A stretch of 64,000 bases of DNA, from contig NC_086097.1 of NCBI RefSeq assembly GCF_963921235.1, positions 58,094,001 to 58,158,000 on the forward strand. Direction: 5' to 3'. Made by a program: the position numbers and the translations under genes. This DNA comes from Mobula hypostoma (taxonomy: Eukaryota). Positions 25,924-38,660 of the stretch are shown here, piece by piece (positions within the stretch are counted from its first letter, which is position 1; every line of letters begins with the position of its first letter). The notes below the pieces were generated by a model. That model did no database searches. It saw only the letters and a program-made list of their open reading frames with translations, and was not told the DNA's origin.

Positions 25924-27013
25924 TTAGCGGAAGTTAGAGAAGTCGATGTTCATGCCATCAGGTTGGAGGCTACCCAGACGGAATATAAGGTGTTGTTCCT
26001 CCAACCTGAGTGTGGCTTCATCTTTACAGTAGAGGAGGCCGTGGATAGACATGTCAGAATGGGAATGGGATGTGGAATTAAAATGTGTGGCCACTGGGAG
26101 ATCCTGCTTTCTCTGGCGGACAGAGCGTAGATGTTCAGCAAGGCGGTCTCCCAGTCTGCGTCGGTTCTCGCCAATATATAAAAGGCCACATCGGGAGCAC
26201 GGGACGCAGTATATCACCCCAGTCGACTCACAGGTGAAGTGATGCCTCACCTGGAAGGACTGTTTGGGGCCCTGAATGGTGGTAAGGGAGGAAGTGTAAG
26301 GGCATGTGTAGCACTTGTTCCGCTTACACGGATAAGTGCCAGGAGGGAGATCAGTGGGGAGGGATGGGGGGGACGAATGGACAAGGGAGTTGTGTAGGGA
26401 GCGATCCCTGCGGAATGCAGGGGGGGGGGAGGGAAAGATGTGCTTAGTGGTGGGATCCCGTTGGAGGTGGCGGAAGTTGCGGAGAATAATATGTTGGACC
26501 CGCAGGCTGGTGGGGTGGTAAGTGAGGACCAGGGGAACCCTATTCCTAGTGGGGTGGTGGGAGGATGGAGTGAGAGCAGATATACGTGAAATGGGGCAGA
26601 TGCGTTTAAGAGCAGAGTCGATAGTGGAGGAAGGGAAGCCCCCTTCTTTAAAAAAGGAAGACATCTCCCTTGTCCTAGAATGAAAAGCCTCATCCTGAGA
26701 GCAGATGCGGCGGAGACGGAGGAATTGTGAGAAGGGGATGGCGTTTTTGCAAGAGACAGGGTGAGAAGAGGAATAGTCCAGATAGCTGTGAGAGTCAGTC
26801 GGCTTATAGTAGACATCAGTGGATAAGCTGTCCCCAGAGACAGAGACAGAAAGATCTAGAAAGGGGAGGGAGGTGTCGGAAATGGACCAGGTAAACTTGA
26901 GGGCAGGGTGAGAGTTGGAGGCAAAGTTAATAAAGTCAACGAGTTCTGCATGCGTGCAGGAAGCAGCGCCAATGCAGTCGTCGATGTAGCGAAGGAAAAA
27001 TGGGGGACAGATA
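25924..27013 (-). CDS. Penelope-like RT C-terminal half plus GIY-YIG endonuclease (partial ORF)
   Basis: FLRYIDDC, LPFLDL, YYKPTDSHSYLDYSSSHP, CKRNKCYTC and GVIYCVPCSRCGLLYIGENRRRLGDRLAEH. The first ~30 aa of the called ORF (up to 27102) look like flanking read-through. Confidence 0.85.
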
Positions 27014-28529
27014 AATGTAATATTTGCTGAACAATCAAAGGATAGGTGCTTACACAATGTCATATGAGATTGGTTGGTACTCATAGTTTCCTTTGAATTC
27101 AAAGAGCTCTCAACAATGTGAAAGAGTTCCCATCATATAGATCTTTATGTTACTATATTTTATCATAAATAAAAATAGACCATTTTTATTAAAGACAGGA
27201 AATGTTTTTGTTTCACCTTCAGACACTGATCCAGCTTGCAAGTACCTGAGGCAATTAACTATTGAGGTTTGTCTTTTGCAGTTTCCTTCTGTGCCAGCAG
27301 AGGAAATTATTTTTTCTTGTACTGACACCAGGGCATGAAGCAAACTCATCAGATCTACAGCATACCTTCTCCCCCATCGAAGTGGTGCCAACAAAGCCAT
27401 TGCCAAAGGGAGGGGATAGAAATCAGACTGCATGATGACTAGCAGACCAGGGCAGCTACCTCACAGCTGCTACCTCTCACTGATCTGGATCTGAAAACCG
27501 CCACTTGAACTGAATGGAAACCTCACAAAACCAGAGCCAGGAAGAGTAGCAGGAGTTAAAAACCAGCTGCCTGCCCCACCAGGACTGGGTGACGGTATTT
27601 GCCAGACCTCCAACCTCCTCTGAGACTAGATCACTGATGATTTGCAGGGGGCGACATCAGGAATAATCTTACCAGGGGAAAAACAGAGGAGGAAAGGCCC
27701 ATAAGTTTTTCATTAAACCAACTGCTTCTCCTAGTACTGACTGTTAGGATGCCCAGGGAAAGTGCAGATGTTGATGGAAGAGAGGGAAGTAGGGGGTGGT
27801 TGGTGTTTAGGGTAAATGGGGTGTTTAGAAAGAAAAATGATCCTCTTTTCCATCAGACTGTGTAATTGTGTTCATGGAGACTTTGATGGTTAGGAAAAAA
27901 AAATTGGTGCATACTTACAGACTGACCATAAGACTGTCAGACAAACAGTAGGAGCAGAATCAGGTCATTGAGCCATTCAATTATAGCTGATTTATTTTCT
28001 CTTTCAATGCCATTGTCCTGCCTTCTCCCTATAACTTTTGATGCTCTTACTAATTAAGTACCTATCAACCTCCACTATAGATATACCCAATGACTTGGCT
28101 TCCACAGCCACCTGCAGCAATGAATTCCACAGATTCACCACCCTCTGGATAAAGAAATTCCTTCACATCTCTGTTCTAAAGGGATGTCCTTCCAATCTGA
28201 GGCTGTGCCCTATGGTCCCAGACTCTCCACTATTGGAAGCATCCTCTGCATGTCTATTCTATCTAGGCCTTTCAATATTTGATAGGTTTCAATGAGATCC
28301 CCGCCTCAGTTTTTCTGAACTCCAGCAGGTACCAGAGCCATCAAGTGCTCCTCATATGTTAACCCTTTCATTCCTGGGATCAATCTCATAAACCTCCTCT
28401 GAACACTCTCCAATGCCATCACATCCTTTCTTAGAAATGTGACTCAAAAGTGCTCACAATACTCCAGATGTGGTCTGACCAATTTCTTATAAAGCCTCAG
28501 TATTACATCTTTACTTTTATATTCTAGTC

Positions 28530-30506
28530 TAGGGGTCCCCAACATTTTTTGCACCACAGACCGGTTTAATATTGACAATATTCTTGTGGACCACCCGACC
28601 GGTAGGGGGCCGGTGGTGTTAATCATGACCAGAATATAGGTGATAAGTCAACTATAAATCAGTCATAAGTGGCTAATACACTCAATGTCGTTTCTAAAAG
28701 GGTTTATCTAACAAATTTGATATTAAACACAGCGCATATTTTCCACACATGAATATAGTGATAAGTCAATTATAAGTCATAAGGGGGTTCCTTATGTCCA
28801 GTCTATTCCGCAATTTAGCTTTCATTGCATTCATTGCAGAAAACTCCACTTCTCAGAGATACGATGTTGGAAATGGAAGCAATGTTTTCAGTGCTTTCGC
28901 GGCTGTCTCAGGATAGTCAGCCTTGACTTTGATCCAGAATGCCGGCAGAGATGTTAAGTCAAACATACTTTTCAGCCCACCGTCATTTGCAAGCTCAAGG
29001 TGTTGATCTTCTTCCTGTACTGACGTGGATGGTTCACTGCGAACATTCACAAATGGGTCATGGACCCATTCCTTTGCACGTCTTTGGTCACTTGCGGTTG
29101 GGAAGTAACGCTCAAATTCTGTTGACAGCGAAGATAGGTGTTCGCACACCAGCTGTGAGCCTCAGTCTCTGTCTCTCCCAAATTCCCAGCTAATGTTGGG
29201 AAAATGTCAAATATGCCCCTGTTCACTCACCATCCCCACAGTTCCAGTTTGGCTGTGAAAGCAGACACTTCATCTGCCAACTTGAAGACAGTTGGCATTC
29301 TCCCCTGAAGTGACAAATTGAGTTCATTGAGCAGGTTGAAGATATCACACAGATCAGCGAGTTTTGCTATCCACTCCTCATCACTGAAGTGTGCTGCCAG
29401 TGGTGACTTTTTTCCTGGAAGAAATCTCTGTAGCGGCTCTTTTATCTCAAAAACCCTGGCCAGGCCTCTCCCCCTTGATGGCCACCTGACTTCAGTGTGT
29501 AAGAGAAGGCATTTATGCTCTGCATCCATTTCCTCACAAAGCTGCTCAAACAGACGTGAGTTAAGGGCTTTTGCTTTGATGTGATTGATAACTTCAACAA
29601 CGTCACTCAATATGCTGTTAAGATCAGGTGACATTTTTTGGCTAGCCGGCATTCCCTGTGTGTGACAGTGTGTAGACTGGCGTTCAGGAGCAACCTCTTT
29701 GACTCGGGCAGTGAAACCAGACAGCCATCAAGCTGTTCCAACAGCTGTGCTTCGATGTCCTCCGCCATGTCACCGATTCTCCTTGAAACTGTGGTAGCTG
29801 AAAGAGAAACCTGTGCCATCTTGTTAGCTGCAGCTTCTCCCAACAGTTCACGGCACATGTCCTTGGCAGCAGGCAGAATCAATTCTTCACCAACAGTGAA
29901 AGGCTTCTTAGCCTTAGCAATACGGCTAGCCACTAAGTACGACACTCTCAGAGCAACAGCATTTGTGGAGATGGTGGCTCTCAGCACTTGCTGCTGTCTC
30001 GCTTGCTCACGTTTTTTTCTGCTCAAAAAACTCAATGGGTTTGTCTTTCATGCAGGGTGCTTAGAATCAAGATGCCAAAGCAGATTTGACGGCTTCATTG
30101 CCTCATTAGACAACTTGTCTCCACATATCACACACAAGGGGCTTGGATGAGTCACCGGTCGCGATAAAGCCATATTTTATGTACGACTTGTTGTATTTTC
30201 TGTTGGAGGAAGCTTTCTTTTTTTTTTGCAGCCTTGGCCTCAGCTGTCTCTGTGTTATCATCATCGTTAGGCCTTTTATGTCCCCTACCATCTCTTCCAA
30301 AGAAACTCTCAAGCGATGTTTGCTTTTTACTCATCGAGTAGTTGTACGTTAATAACCGACTGATGTCCTCGCGTGGGTAATGACCTCGTGTGTGTTCAAG
30401 TTCAACAGTGGGCGTGACAGGGAATGAGGAAAGGTGCAGTTGACTCATATCGTTTCCTCTCGGCCCGGTAGCACATGCTTTGCGGCCCGGTGGTTGGGGA
30501 CCACTG
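28530..30506 (-). mobile_element. Buster-type hAT transposon (ZBED5/ZBED8/SCAND3-like transposase), internally deleted and frameshifted
   Basis: 8-bp TSD TTCTAGTC (28522-28529 / 30507-30514) and TIRs. Fragments MSKKQTSLESFF, YIKYGF, AKAKKPFTVGEELILPAA, LLHTEVRW and LLPFPTSYL. Confidence 0.95.
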
Positions 30507-30538
30507 TTCTAGTCCTCTCAAAATGAATGGTTACATTG

Positions 30539-30935
30539 TGTTGAACTAGGCTGTAGAATTGTTACTTTTCTTGTATATCGTGTAGTTTAACTTACCTATG
30601 CTTGTTTGTATTTTTACATAGTCAACATGTGTGCAAATGATTACTTGTTGAGTTTTCCTGTGATTGCAGTACAGTTCCTCTGCATTTTACTGGAAACCTC
30701 CTGGTTTCAGCAACATGTATCACATTACTTCAATTGGGCTATTTTACTTGTCAACTGTTATCTCCAGTCTGGTAAGAGAAGACTATGGCTACTTTTTAGC
30801 CTCTCACGACACTTCTTCTTCCTTCTTCTTCTTTGCTCTTGTAACACTTTAAGAAAACAATCCTAAGCAACAATTTTGTGCCTCGTTCTTGACTTCCAAA
30901 GAACCTTTGGAACATAAAAGCATCAGGATCCAACA
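30539..30935. mobile_element. Solo LTR (397 bp)
   Basis: TGTTG...CAACA termini and a 4-bp TSD attg/actg. It cleanly interrupts the CR1 sequence acattg|catttgcc. Confidence 0.8.
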
Positions 30936-31946
30936 ACTGCATTTGCCTTCCTTACTACTGACTCAACCTGCAAGTTCACCTTCAGGTAATCCTGCAATAG
31001 GACTCTCAAATCCATTTGCACCCCAATTTCCAAATTTCTTCCAGATTAGAAAGTAGTCTATGCCTTTGTTCCTTCCACCAAAATGCATGACTTTACACTT
31101 CCCTACGCTGTATTCCATCTGCCACTTTTTTGCCCATTTTTCTAATTTGTCAAGTCCTTCTGTAAACATTGTCTTTCCTTAACACTATCTGCCCTCCACC
31201 TATCTTTGGATCATCTGCAAACTTGGCCACAAAGCCATCAATTCTTTCATTCGGGTCACCAACATACAGTATAGTGTTAAAAGTAGCAGACCCCACACTG
31301 ACCCCTCTGGGACACCACTAGTTAATGGAAGAAGTCTTTCAATGAGAGACTCTATCAATTTATATTACACTGAGAGCTGACATGGATGGTGCACACTTAC
31401 TGAGCATGGAGGGAATGAAAGTAATTCGTAAGAAGGAAAACTATGGGGTTGTGCAAAATAACAGGATAGCTGACCTCTCAAAAGCTCAAATTGTCCTTTC
31501 AACTATCTGTTGGAATCTCATAAAAAATGGATTCTTTCATCCACTTGCTGCGGTGCAAAACATGAAGAATTTGTTTGAATATTGGCCTAATGAGGTGCCC
31601 TGCTATCATCCTATGGATCACCTGTAAATGCCTTAAATGTCATCAAATTTAAAGGTAGGATACAGAGCCTTCCTTCTGCAGCGGATAATGCAGATTGCCT
31701 ACTGCATTTTTGTAGAGTCCTCCCTTTTTGCATATCCTCAGTGCTTTCTGTAACTAGGAGTAATATTTGGGGGCTGCATCCTGTATGTTCGTCTGCTCCA
31801 TGCTGTGCTGATTATCACCCACCTTTACAATAATGACACACAGATGACACTCATTAGATAATGCTGCTTTTATTTCTTGGAAGCCCTTGATTCGCTTCCT
31901 TGTTCCGTAGAGCAGACAAGACAGAAATCCAACTTTGCCCAGGCAT

Positions 31947-34581
31947 GGATTGAACTGGGGAACAGTAAGGGCAAAAAGACCCTAATAGGTGTTATCTACA
32001 GGCCCCCAAACAGTAGCATGGATATTGGGTGCAAGTTGAATAGGGAGTTAACAATGGCATGTGGCAAAGGAAATGTCGCAGTAGTTATGGGGGATTTCAA
32101 CATGCAGGTGAATTGGGAAAATCAGGTTGGTACTGGACCCCAGGATAGGGAGTTTGTAGAGTGCCTACGGGATGCATTTTTGGAGCAGCTTGTATGAGAG
32201 CCGACCAGGGATAAGGCTATTCTGGATTTAGTGTTGTGCAATGAACAGGATTTGATAAGTGATCTTGAAGTAAAGGAGCCATTAGGAGGTAGTGACCATA
32301 ATATGATGTTTTTATCTGCAAGTTGAGAGGGATAAGGGCAGATCAGAAGTGTCAGTATTGCAGTTGAACAAAGGAGACTATGGAGCCATGAGGGGGGAGC
32401 TGGCCAAAGTTGACTGGTCGGATATCCTAGCAGAAAAGACAGTGGAACAGCAATGGCAGGTATTCTTGGGAATAATGCACAAGGTGCAAAATCAGTTCAT
32501 CCCCCAGAGAAGGAAGGATTCAAAGGGGGGAAAGTGGCCACAGTGGTTGACAAAGGAAGTCAGAGATAGCATAGCATTAAAAAAGAAGTATAACAGAGCT
32601 AAGGTGAGTGGGAAGACGGATGATTGGGAAATTTTTAAGGAGCAACAGAACTTAACTAAAAAGGCAATACGGGGAGAAAAAATGAGGTATGAACGCAAGC
32701 TAGCTAGGAATATAAAGGAGGATAGCAAACTTTTTTTAGCAATGTGAAGAGAAGGAAGATAGTTAAGAACAATGTTGGGACCTTGAAGAATGAATTGAGA
32801 GAAATTGTTATGGGAAACAGAGAAATGGCAGACGAATTTAATAAGTACTTTGGATCTGTCTTCATTAGGGAAGACACAAGCAATCTCCCAGATGTATGGA
32901 TGGGCCAAGGACATAGGGTAATAGAGGAACTGAAACAGATTGACATTAGGAAGGAAACGGTGATGAGTAGACTGATGGGACTGAAGGCTAACAAATCCCC
33001 AGGTCCAGATGGTCTGCATCCTAGGGTACTAAAGGAGGTGGCTCTGGAAATTGCGGATGCATTGGTGATCATTTTCCAATGTTCCTTAGATTCAGGATCA
33101 GTTCCTGAGGATTGGCGAATGACTAATGTTATTCCACTTTTTAAGAAAGGAGGGAGGGAGAAAACAGAGAATTATCGCCCTGTTAGCCTAACATCAGTAG
33201 TGGGGAAGATGCTAGAGTCCATTATTAAAGATGAAATAGCGGCATATCTTGATAGCACTGATAAGATTGGGCCAAGCTAGCATGGATTTACCAAGGGCGA
33301 ATCATGCTTTACTAATCTATTGGAGTTTTTCGAGGATGTAACCAGGAAGATAGATGCGGGAGATCCAGTGGATGTGGTGTACCTTGACTTTCAGAAGGCA
33401 TTTGATAAGGTACCACATAGGAAATTGGTGGGTAAAATCAGAGCTCATGGCATTGGGGGGAGGATATTGACATTGATAGAAAACTGGTTGGCAGATAGAA
33501 GGCAAAGGGTAGCAGTGAATGGGTATTTCTCGGAATGGCAGGTGGTGACTAGTGGGGTGCCACAGGGCTCGGTATTGGGACCACAGCTGTTTACAATTTA
33601 CGTCAATGATTTAGAGGAAGACATTGTGAATAACATCAGCAAGTTTGCTGATGATACTAAGCTGGGGGGCAGTGTGACATGTGATGAGGATGTTAGGAGA
33701 ATTCAAGGTGAATTGGATAGGCTGGGTGAGTGGGCAGAAACTTGGCAGCTGGCGTTTAATGTGAATAAGTGTGAGGTTATTCACTTTGGGAGCAAGAACA
33801 GGAAGGCAGATTATTATCTGAACGGTGTGGAGTTAGGTAAGGGAGAAATACAAAGAGATCTAGGAGTACTTGTTCATCTGTCTCTGAAGGTGAATGAGCA
33901 AGTGCAGCGGGCAGTGAAGAAGGCTAATGGAATGTTGGCCTTTATTACAAAGGGAATTGAGTACAAGAGCAAGGAAATCCTTTTGCATTTGTACAGGGCC
34001 CTGGTGAGACCACACCTGGAGTATTGTGTGCAGTTTTGGTCTCCAGGGTTAAGGAAGGACATCCTGGCTGTGGAGGAGGTACAGTGTAGGTTCACTAGGT
34101 TAATTCCTGGGATGTCCGGACTGTCTTACGCGGAGAGGTTAGAGAGACTGGGCTTGTACACGCTGGAATTAAGGAGATTGAGGGGGGATCTGATTGAGAC
34201 ATATAAGATTATTAAGGGATTGGACAAGATAGAGGCAGGAAATATGTTCCAGATGCTGGGAGAGTCCAGTACCAGAGGGCATGGTTTAATAATAAAGGGT
34301 AGGTCATTTAGGACAGAGTTGAGGAGGAACTTCTCGCAGAGAGTTGTGGAGGCGTGGAATGCGCTGCCTCAGAAGGCAGTGGAGACCAATTCTCTGGATG
34401 CTTTCAAGAAGGAGCTAGATAGGTATCTTATGGATAGGGGAATCAAGGGTTATGGGGACAAGGCAGGAACCAGGTATTGATAGTAGATGATCAGCCATGA
34501 TCTCAGAATGGCGGTGCAGGCTCGAAGGGCCGAATGGTCTACTTCTGCACCTATTGTCTATTGTCTATTGTCTATTGTGTG
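31947..34581 (+). mobile_element. CR1 (HER1-like) LINE, 5'-truncated ORF2 (partial APE endonuclease plus RT), few lesions
   Basis: IYRPP, MGDFN, YRPVSLTS, YLDFQKAFDKV, GVPQGSVLGP and FADD motifs. Stops at 32195 and 33278 plus about two frameshifts. (CTATTGT)4 tail at 34551-34578; possible TSD aggcat. Confidence 0.97.
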
Positions 34582-34995
34582 AGGCATAAATAAGTGCAGA
34601 TGTGGCACTTTTAAATATCTTCGCTATTTATTATCTCCCGACTCAGCTAACTAAGAAATTTCACTCTACGAGCTGCTCTGGTCTATCTCTTTCACAATCT
34701 CTGAGGTGCTTGTTGAAATCTACCTCTGTGCACTTCCTTGGTTTCCTTGGGCAAATTTCGTAAGATTTTCTTGTGTGATATCAAACGTTGTCCAATATTT
34801 CTGCAGGACATCTTACTACATTTAAGATGTTATGCAAATAAAAATTTGTTGATGATGCCTGTGATTTCCAAGGAGGAACAAAAGACAGTGTGTTAGCAGT
34901 TTTCTATTAGAGTCAGACCATTCGAGTTTTTCTACCCTAGAGTAAGAAGATCTAGAGTGGGAGGCCTCCTTTGTGATTTTCTACTATTCCCTCCT

Positions 34996-35935
34996 TTCAA
35001 AGTTCAAAGTAAATTTATTATCAAAGTACGTACTGTATATGTCATCATATGCTACCTTTTCTGGCAAGCATTCATAGTAGAACAAGAAAATACAATAGAA
35101 TCAATGAAAAACTACACTCAAAGACTGACAAACAACCAATGTACAAAATAAGACAAATTGTGCAAATACAAATGAATAAGTAAACTGAAAACATGAGTTC
35201 TAGAGTCCTTGAAAGTGAGTCCATAGGTTGCAGAATCAAGTTGGATGTTGAGGTGAGTGAAGTTATCCACACTAGTTCAGTGGTCTGATGGTTGAACTGT
35301 TCTGGAACATGGTGGTGTGGGGTCTGACGCTACTGTTCCTCCTTTCCGATGGCAGCAGTAAGAAGAGGGGATGGCCTGAATGGTGGGGTCCTTGATGATG
35401 AATGCTGCTTTATTTTGGCAGTGTTCTTCGCAGATGTGCTCAATGGTGCAGAGGACTTTCCCTCTGATGGACTGGGCTGTATCCATTACCTTTTGTCGGC
35501 TTTTCCATTCTTGGGCATTTATTAAAGTTTGTCAAAGTTTTAGATGATATGCTGAATCTGCGCAAAAAGTAGAGATGCTGCTGTGTCCTCTTAATGGCAG
35601 TTACGCATTGGTCCCAGCATACATCCTCTGAAATGATAACGCTAAGGAATTTAAAGTTACTGACCCTCTCCCCTTCCGATACCCTAATGAGGACTGGCTC
35701 AAGGACTTCTTCCTTGTGTTGGCTACAATCAACTCTTTGGTTTTGCAGACATGGAGTGAAATGTTGTTGGGGCAGCATTCAACCATATTTTCAATCTCCC
35801 TGCTACATACTGATTCATCACCATTTTTGAATTGGCCACTGCAGTGCTATCTTCAGCAAGCTTACTTGTATATATGGCCTTGGAGCTCTACTTAGCCTCA
35901 CAGTCATAAATATGAAGCAAGTAGAGCAGGGGGCT
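34996..35935 (-). mobile_element. Rex1/Babar LINE 3' fragment
   Basis: KTKELIV, ERVSNFKFLSVIISED and QQHLYFLRR motifs, plus the Rex tail. Confidence 0.8.
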
Positions 35936-35939
35936 CTGT

Positions 35940-38130
35940 ATAGGTGCGTCAGGGAGCGGGTGTGCCAGAAGGGTGGTGTTGGAAAGAGCTTGTTTGGTGT
36001 CATCAAATGTCCTGGTCATGTCTGCTGACTAGTCAAGCAAGTGATTAGGGGTATTGCCTTTAAGCGCACCATACAGGGGAAGCACAGGTTCAGCAGCTCA
36101 TGGAATGAAGTAGCGATAGAAATTCACCATACCTAAAAAGCTTCTGCAGATTTTTAGTAATGTCGGGTGGTGGGAAATCCGTAACAGCGGCTACTTTGAT
36201 GGGAAGGATTTCATATCTTCTGCAGAGGTGCGATGGCTGAGAAAGTCGATGGTTGACAACCCAAACCGGCATTTAGCAAGGTTAATAATCAACTCGCGTT
36301 GGCTTAAGCTTTCAAAAAGTCTGTAGTGATGAGGTACATGTTCGAATTTGGATGCACTGGCGATGAGTATGTCATCTAGGTAAACAAAAAGAAAATCTAA
36401 GTTTTTTTAATACAGAGTCCATCAGCCATTGGAAAGTCTGTGCTTCATTTTTAAGCCCAAATAGCATACGCAGAAACTTAAAGAGGCCAAATGGGGTTAT
36501 CACAGTCATTCAGGGAATGTCCTCCGAGCACAAAAGCACCAGATAATACCCCCTAACTAGATCAACTTTGGAAAAAAGTTAACTTTCCAGCTAAACATGC
36601 TGAAAAGTCATGGATGTTTGGTACTAGGTAATGATTGGGGGTGGTGGCTTCATTAAGGCTTTGGTAATCGCCACATGGGAAACCACCATCAGACTTAGGG
36701 ACCACATGGAGGGTCAAAGACTGGGGACTATTCCACTGGCATTCAACGCCTGGTCATTCCATATTGGCAAACTCAGCCTTGCGATTGCCAGCTTTTCTGG
36801 GTCTAGTCTATGCGAACAGGCATGGACTGGCGGGTCAATTATGGAAATGTGATGCTCCATCCCATGTTTTATGACTGTAGTGGAGAATGTGGACTTGGTG
36901 AGGTTTGGGAATTCACCCAGCAGGGTATTGACCTAAAGTCCTTGATACCTACAAGCCAACAGTTCTTAAGATCAAATATTAGTTCTTGGGCACACAGGAA
37001 ATCTGCACCAAGCAAAGGTCTAGCCACTTTAGTCAGGGCAAAGTCCCTTGTGTAATGTCACCTATTGTGCTCAGTAGGTCTGAATCCTGCTGCCTTTGGT
37101 GGCCTTCTGCAAGGTTTCGTTGCTCTTAGCCCTCTCATCAATAGGTGATGATGGTACTCACTTGAGCACCTGTGTCACACAGGAAGCACAGCCCTGAAAG
37201 GGTGTCTGTAATGAACAGTAGATGACCCTGACAGCTGGAATCCACTGTGTTCACCGATGTCCAGATGCACTGGCACTGTCTAAGCTGCAAAGCAGTTGGT
37301 AGTCCCTAGCATTCATACCAAAGTGAGTGTGATATTAACACAGGCCTGGCATAGTCAGTTCGCAGCTACGGGTGCCCTTATGTTGGGGGCCGTGCTGACC
37401 GGGCTTATTGAGGTAGAGAAAGGAGGAGGAATGGTGCACCACTGTCTAACTGAGTAGAAACTGTCAGCCATTTTAGCAAGCTCCTGATAATCTTTCACAA
37501 GTGTATTAGCGAGGGTTATGAGAACTTGATCAGGCATTTTCTGAAAGAAGATTTCTTTAAAAATAAAACAAGGATGGTGATTTCCCAGGAGAGACAGCAT
37601 GTGGTCCATAAGCTCTGATGGCTTAGCATCACTGAGGCCAGGCAAGGAGAGCAACTGTTTGGCACGCTCCAACTCCAATAGTCCAAAAGTCTGTAAAAGG
37701 TGAGTTCTCAGCTATCAGTATTTATCGTGTTCAGGTGGGTGTTCAAGTAGACTCACAACTCTCACAGGCATGGAGTTACTGAGCGATGCTACCGCATACT
37801 AAAATTTTGTGTGGTCCATGGTGATTTCTCACCGCGCAAATTCGGCCTTGGCTTGTACAAGTCAAGCGATGGCTTTTTGTTCCTAAAACTCTCGCAGTTT
37901 CAAACCAACTGCATTGACTAACGTGTTTAATAACTCTGGAATTGCCCTAGAGCATTGGGATCACCAATGCAGGTTTTCACCAATGAAACAAAGTGAGGCA
38001 CTTTATGTTTAAGAAAACTGTAACAACACATTTATTGAACACCAAAAACTGAACACAAAGTGTGGTAAAAACCCTTCACATAATTACCTCATCACATCAG
38101 ACCAGCCTCTTAAAGTGAACCCCAACCCAA
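35940..38130 (-). mobile_element. Decayed Gypsy element: partial 5' LTR, PBS, gag, protease, RT; 3' part lost
   Basis: PBS-like tggtgatcccaatg (37953-37966, resembling a tRNA-Trp PBS); gag NAVGLKLREF and LSLPGLSDAKPSELMDHM; protease CDTGAQVS (~37155-37180); RT FVYLDDILIA (~36360-36390). Confidence 0.85.
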
Positions 38131-38131
38131 T

Positions 38132-38250
38132 GCCAGGCAGCATCTCTAGGAAGACGCACAGTCGACGTTTTGGGCCGAGATCCTTCATCAGGACTAACTG
38201 AAAGAAGTCCTGTTGCTTGAAATTCCAGCATCTGCAGATTTCCTGGTGTC
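38132..38250. mobile_element. Penelope terminus fragment with a mutated hammerhead (minus strand, 38159-38195)
   Basis: Minus strand AGTC CTGATGA AGGATCTCGGCCC AAAA CGTC GACT; the GAAA core has become AAAA. Confidence 0.75.
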
Positions 38251-38254
38251 ACAT

Positions 38255-38660
38255 ATGTTGCTTAGTTTTGATTGTGGGAGGTAATAGCATTCAAGCCCAG
38301 CTACAGCTATTGAGAATCCTTCTGTGATTCAGCTTTGGACCAGAATCGCCACACTGCATATAAAATGGCCTTCTGGACCTCTTGTGCTTTCCTTTGTCAC
38401 CAAACCTGAATGCTACCAATCTAACCTTCAGCATATTGCGGATCTCTTGGTTCATCTGGGGCTTCCGGTCAGGGAAGACTCTAAATGATATTGTGGGTTC
38501 ACATTCTTCCATGTGTATTTTCATAAAGTAACTTCCAGTTACTCTTTCTGCTGCACATCATCCAAGGATTTCTACATTTTATCTTTGCAAATGCTTGCTC
38601 CTCTTTTCTACCTCCTTGCAGTATTCTGCTCTCTTCTTTGACTGTGTCTTCAGGACAGTC
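38255..38660 (-). mobile_element. Rex1/Babar ORF internal fragment
   Basis: RVFPDRKPQMNQEIRNMLK resembles the FPNQKPW motif. Confidence 0.6.

Larger units (their letters stand above)
25533..27013 (-). mobile_element. Young, 5'-truncated Penelope-like element
   Basis: Uninterrupted RT (YIDD), linker and GIY-YIG coding sequence, followed by a 3' UTR with the hammerhead-bearing terminus. Confidence 0.95.
27935..31325 (-). mobile_element. CR1 LINE fragment split by two later insertions (pieces ~27935-28529, 30507-30538, 30936-31325)
   Basis: LEYKSKDVILRLYKKLVRPHLEYC and LDKLEKWAKKWQMEYSVGKCKVMHFG become collinear once the inserts are removed. Confidence 0.85.

Noticed and set aside
27641-27655. 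CTCF site (gcagggggcg)
   Set aside because: The conserved 5' CCA positions are missing; the match is too weak.
28853-30448. Host ZBED5/ZBED8/SCAND3/FAM200-type gene
   Set aside because: It is frameshifted, internally deleted and bounded by TIRs and an 8-bp TSD, so it is a transposon copy.
30670-30771. Host coding exon with strong splice sites
   Set aside because: It lies wholly inside a TG...CA solo LTR that interrupts a CR1, and I recognise no protein in any frame. Kept only as a possible exonisation.
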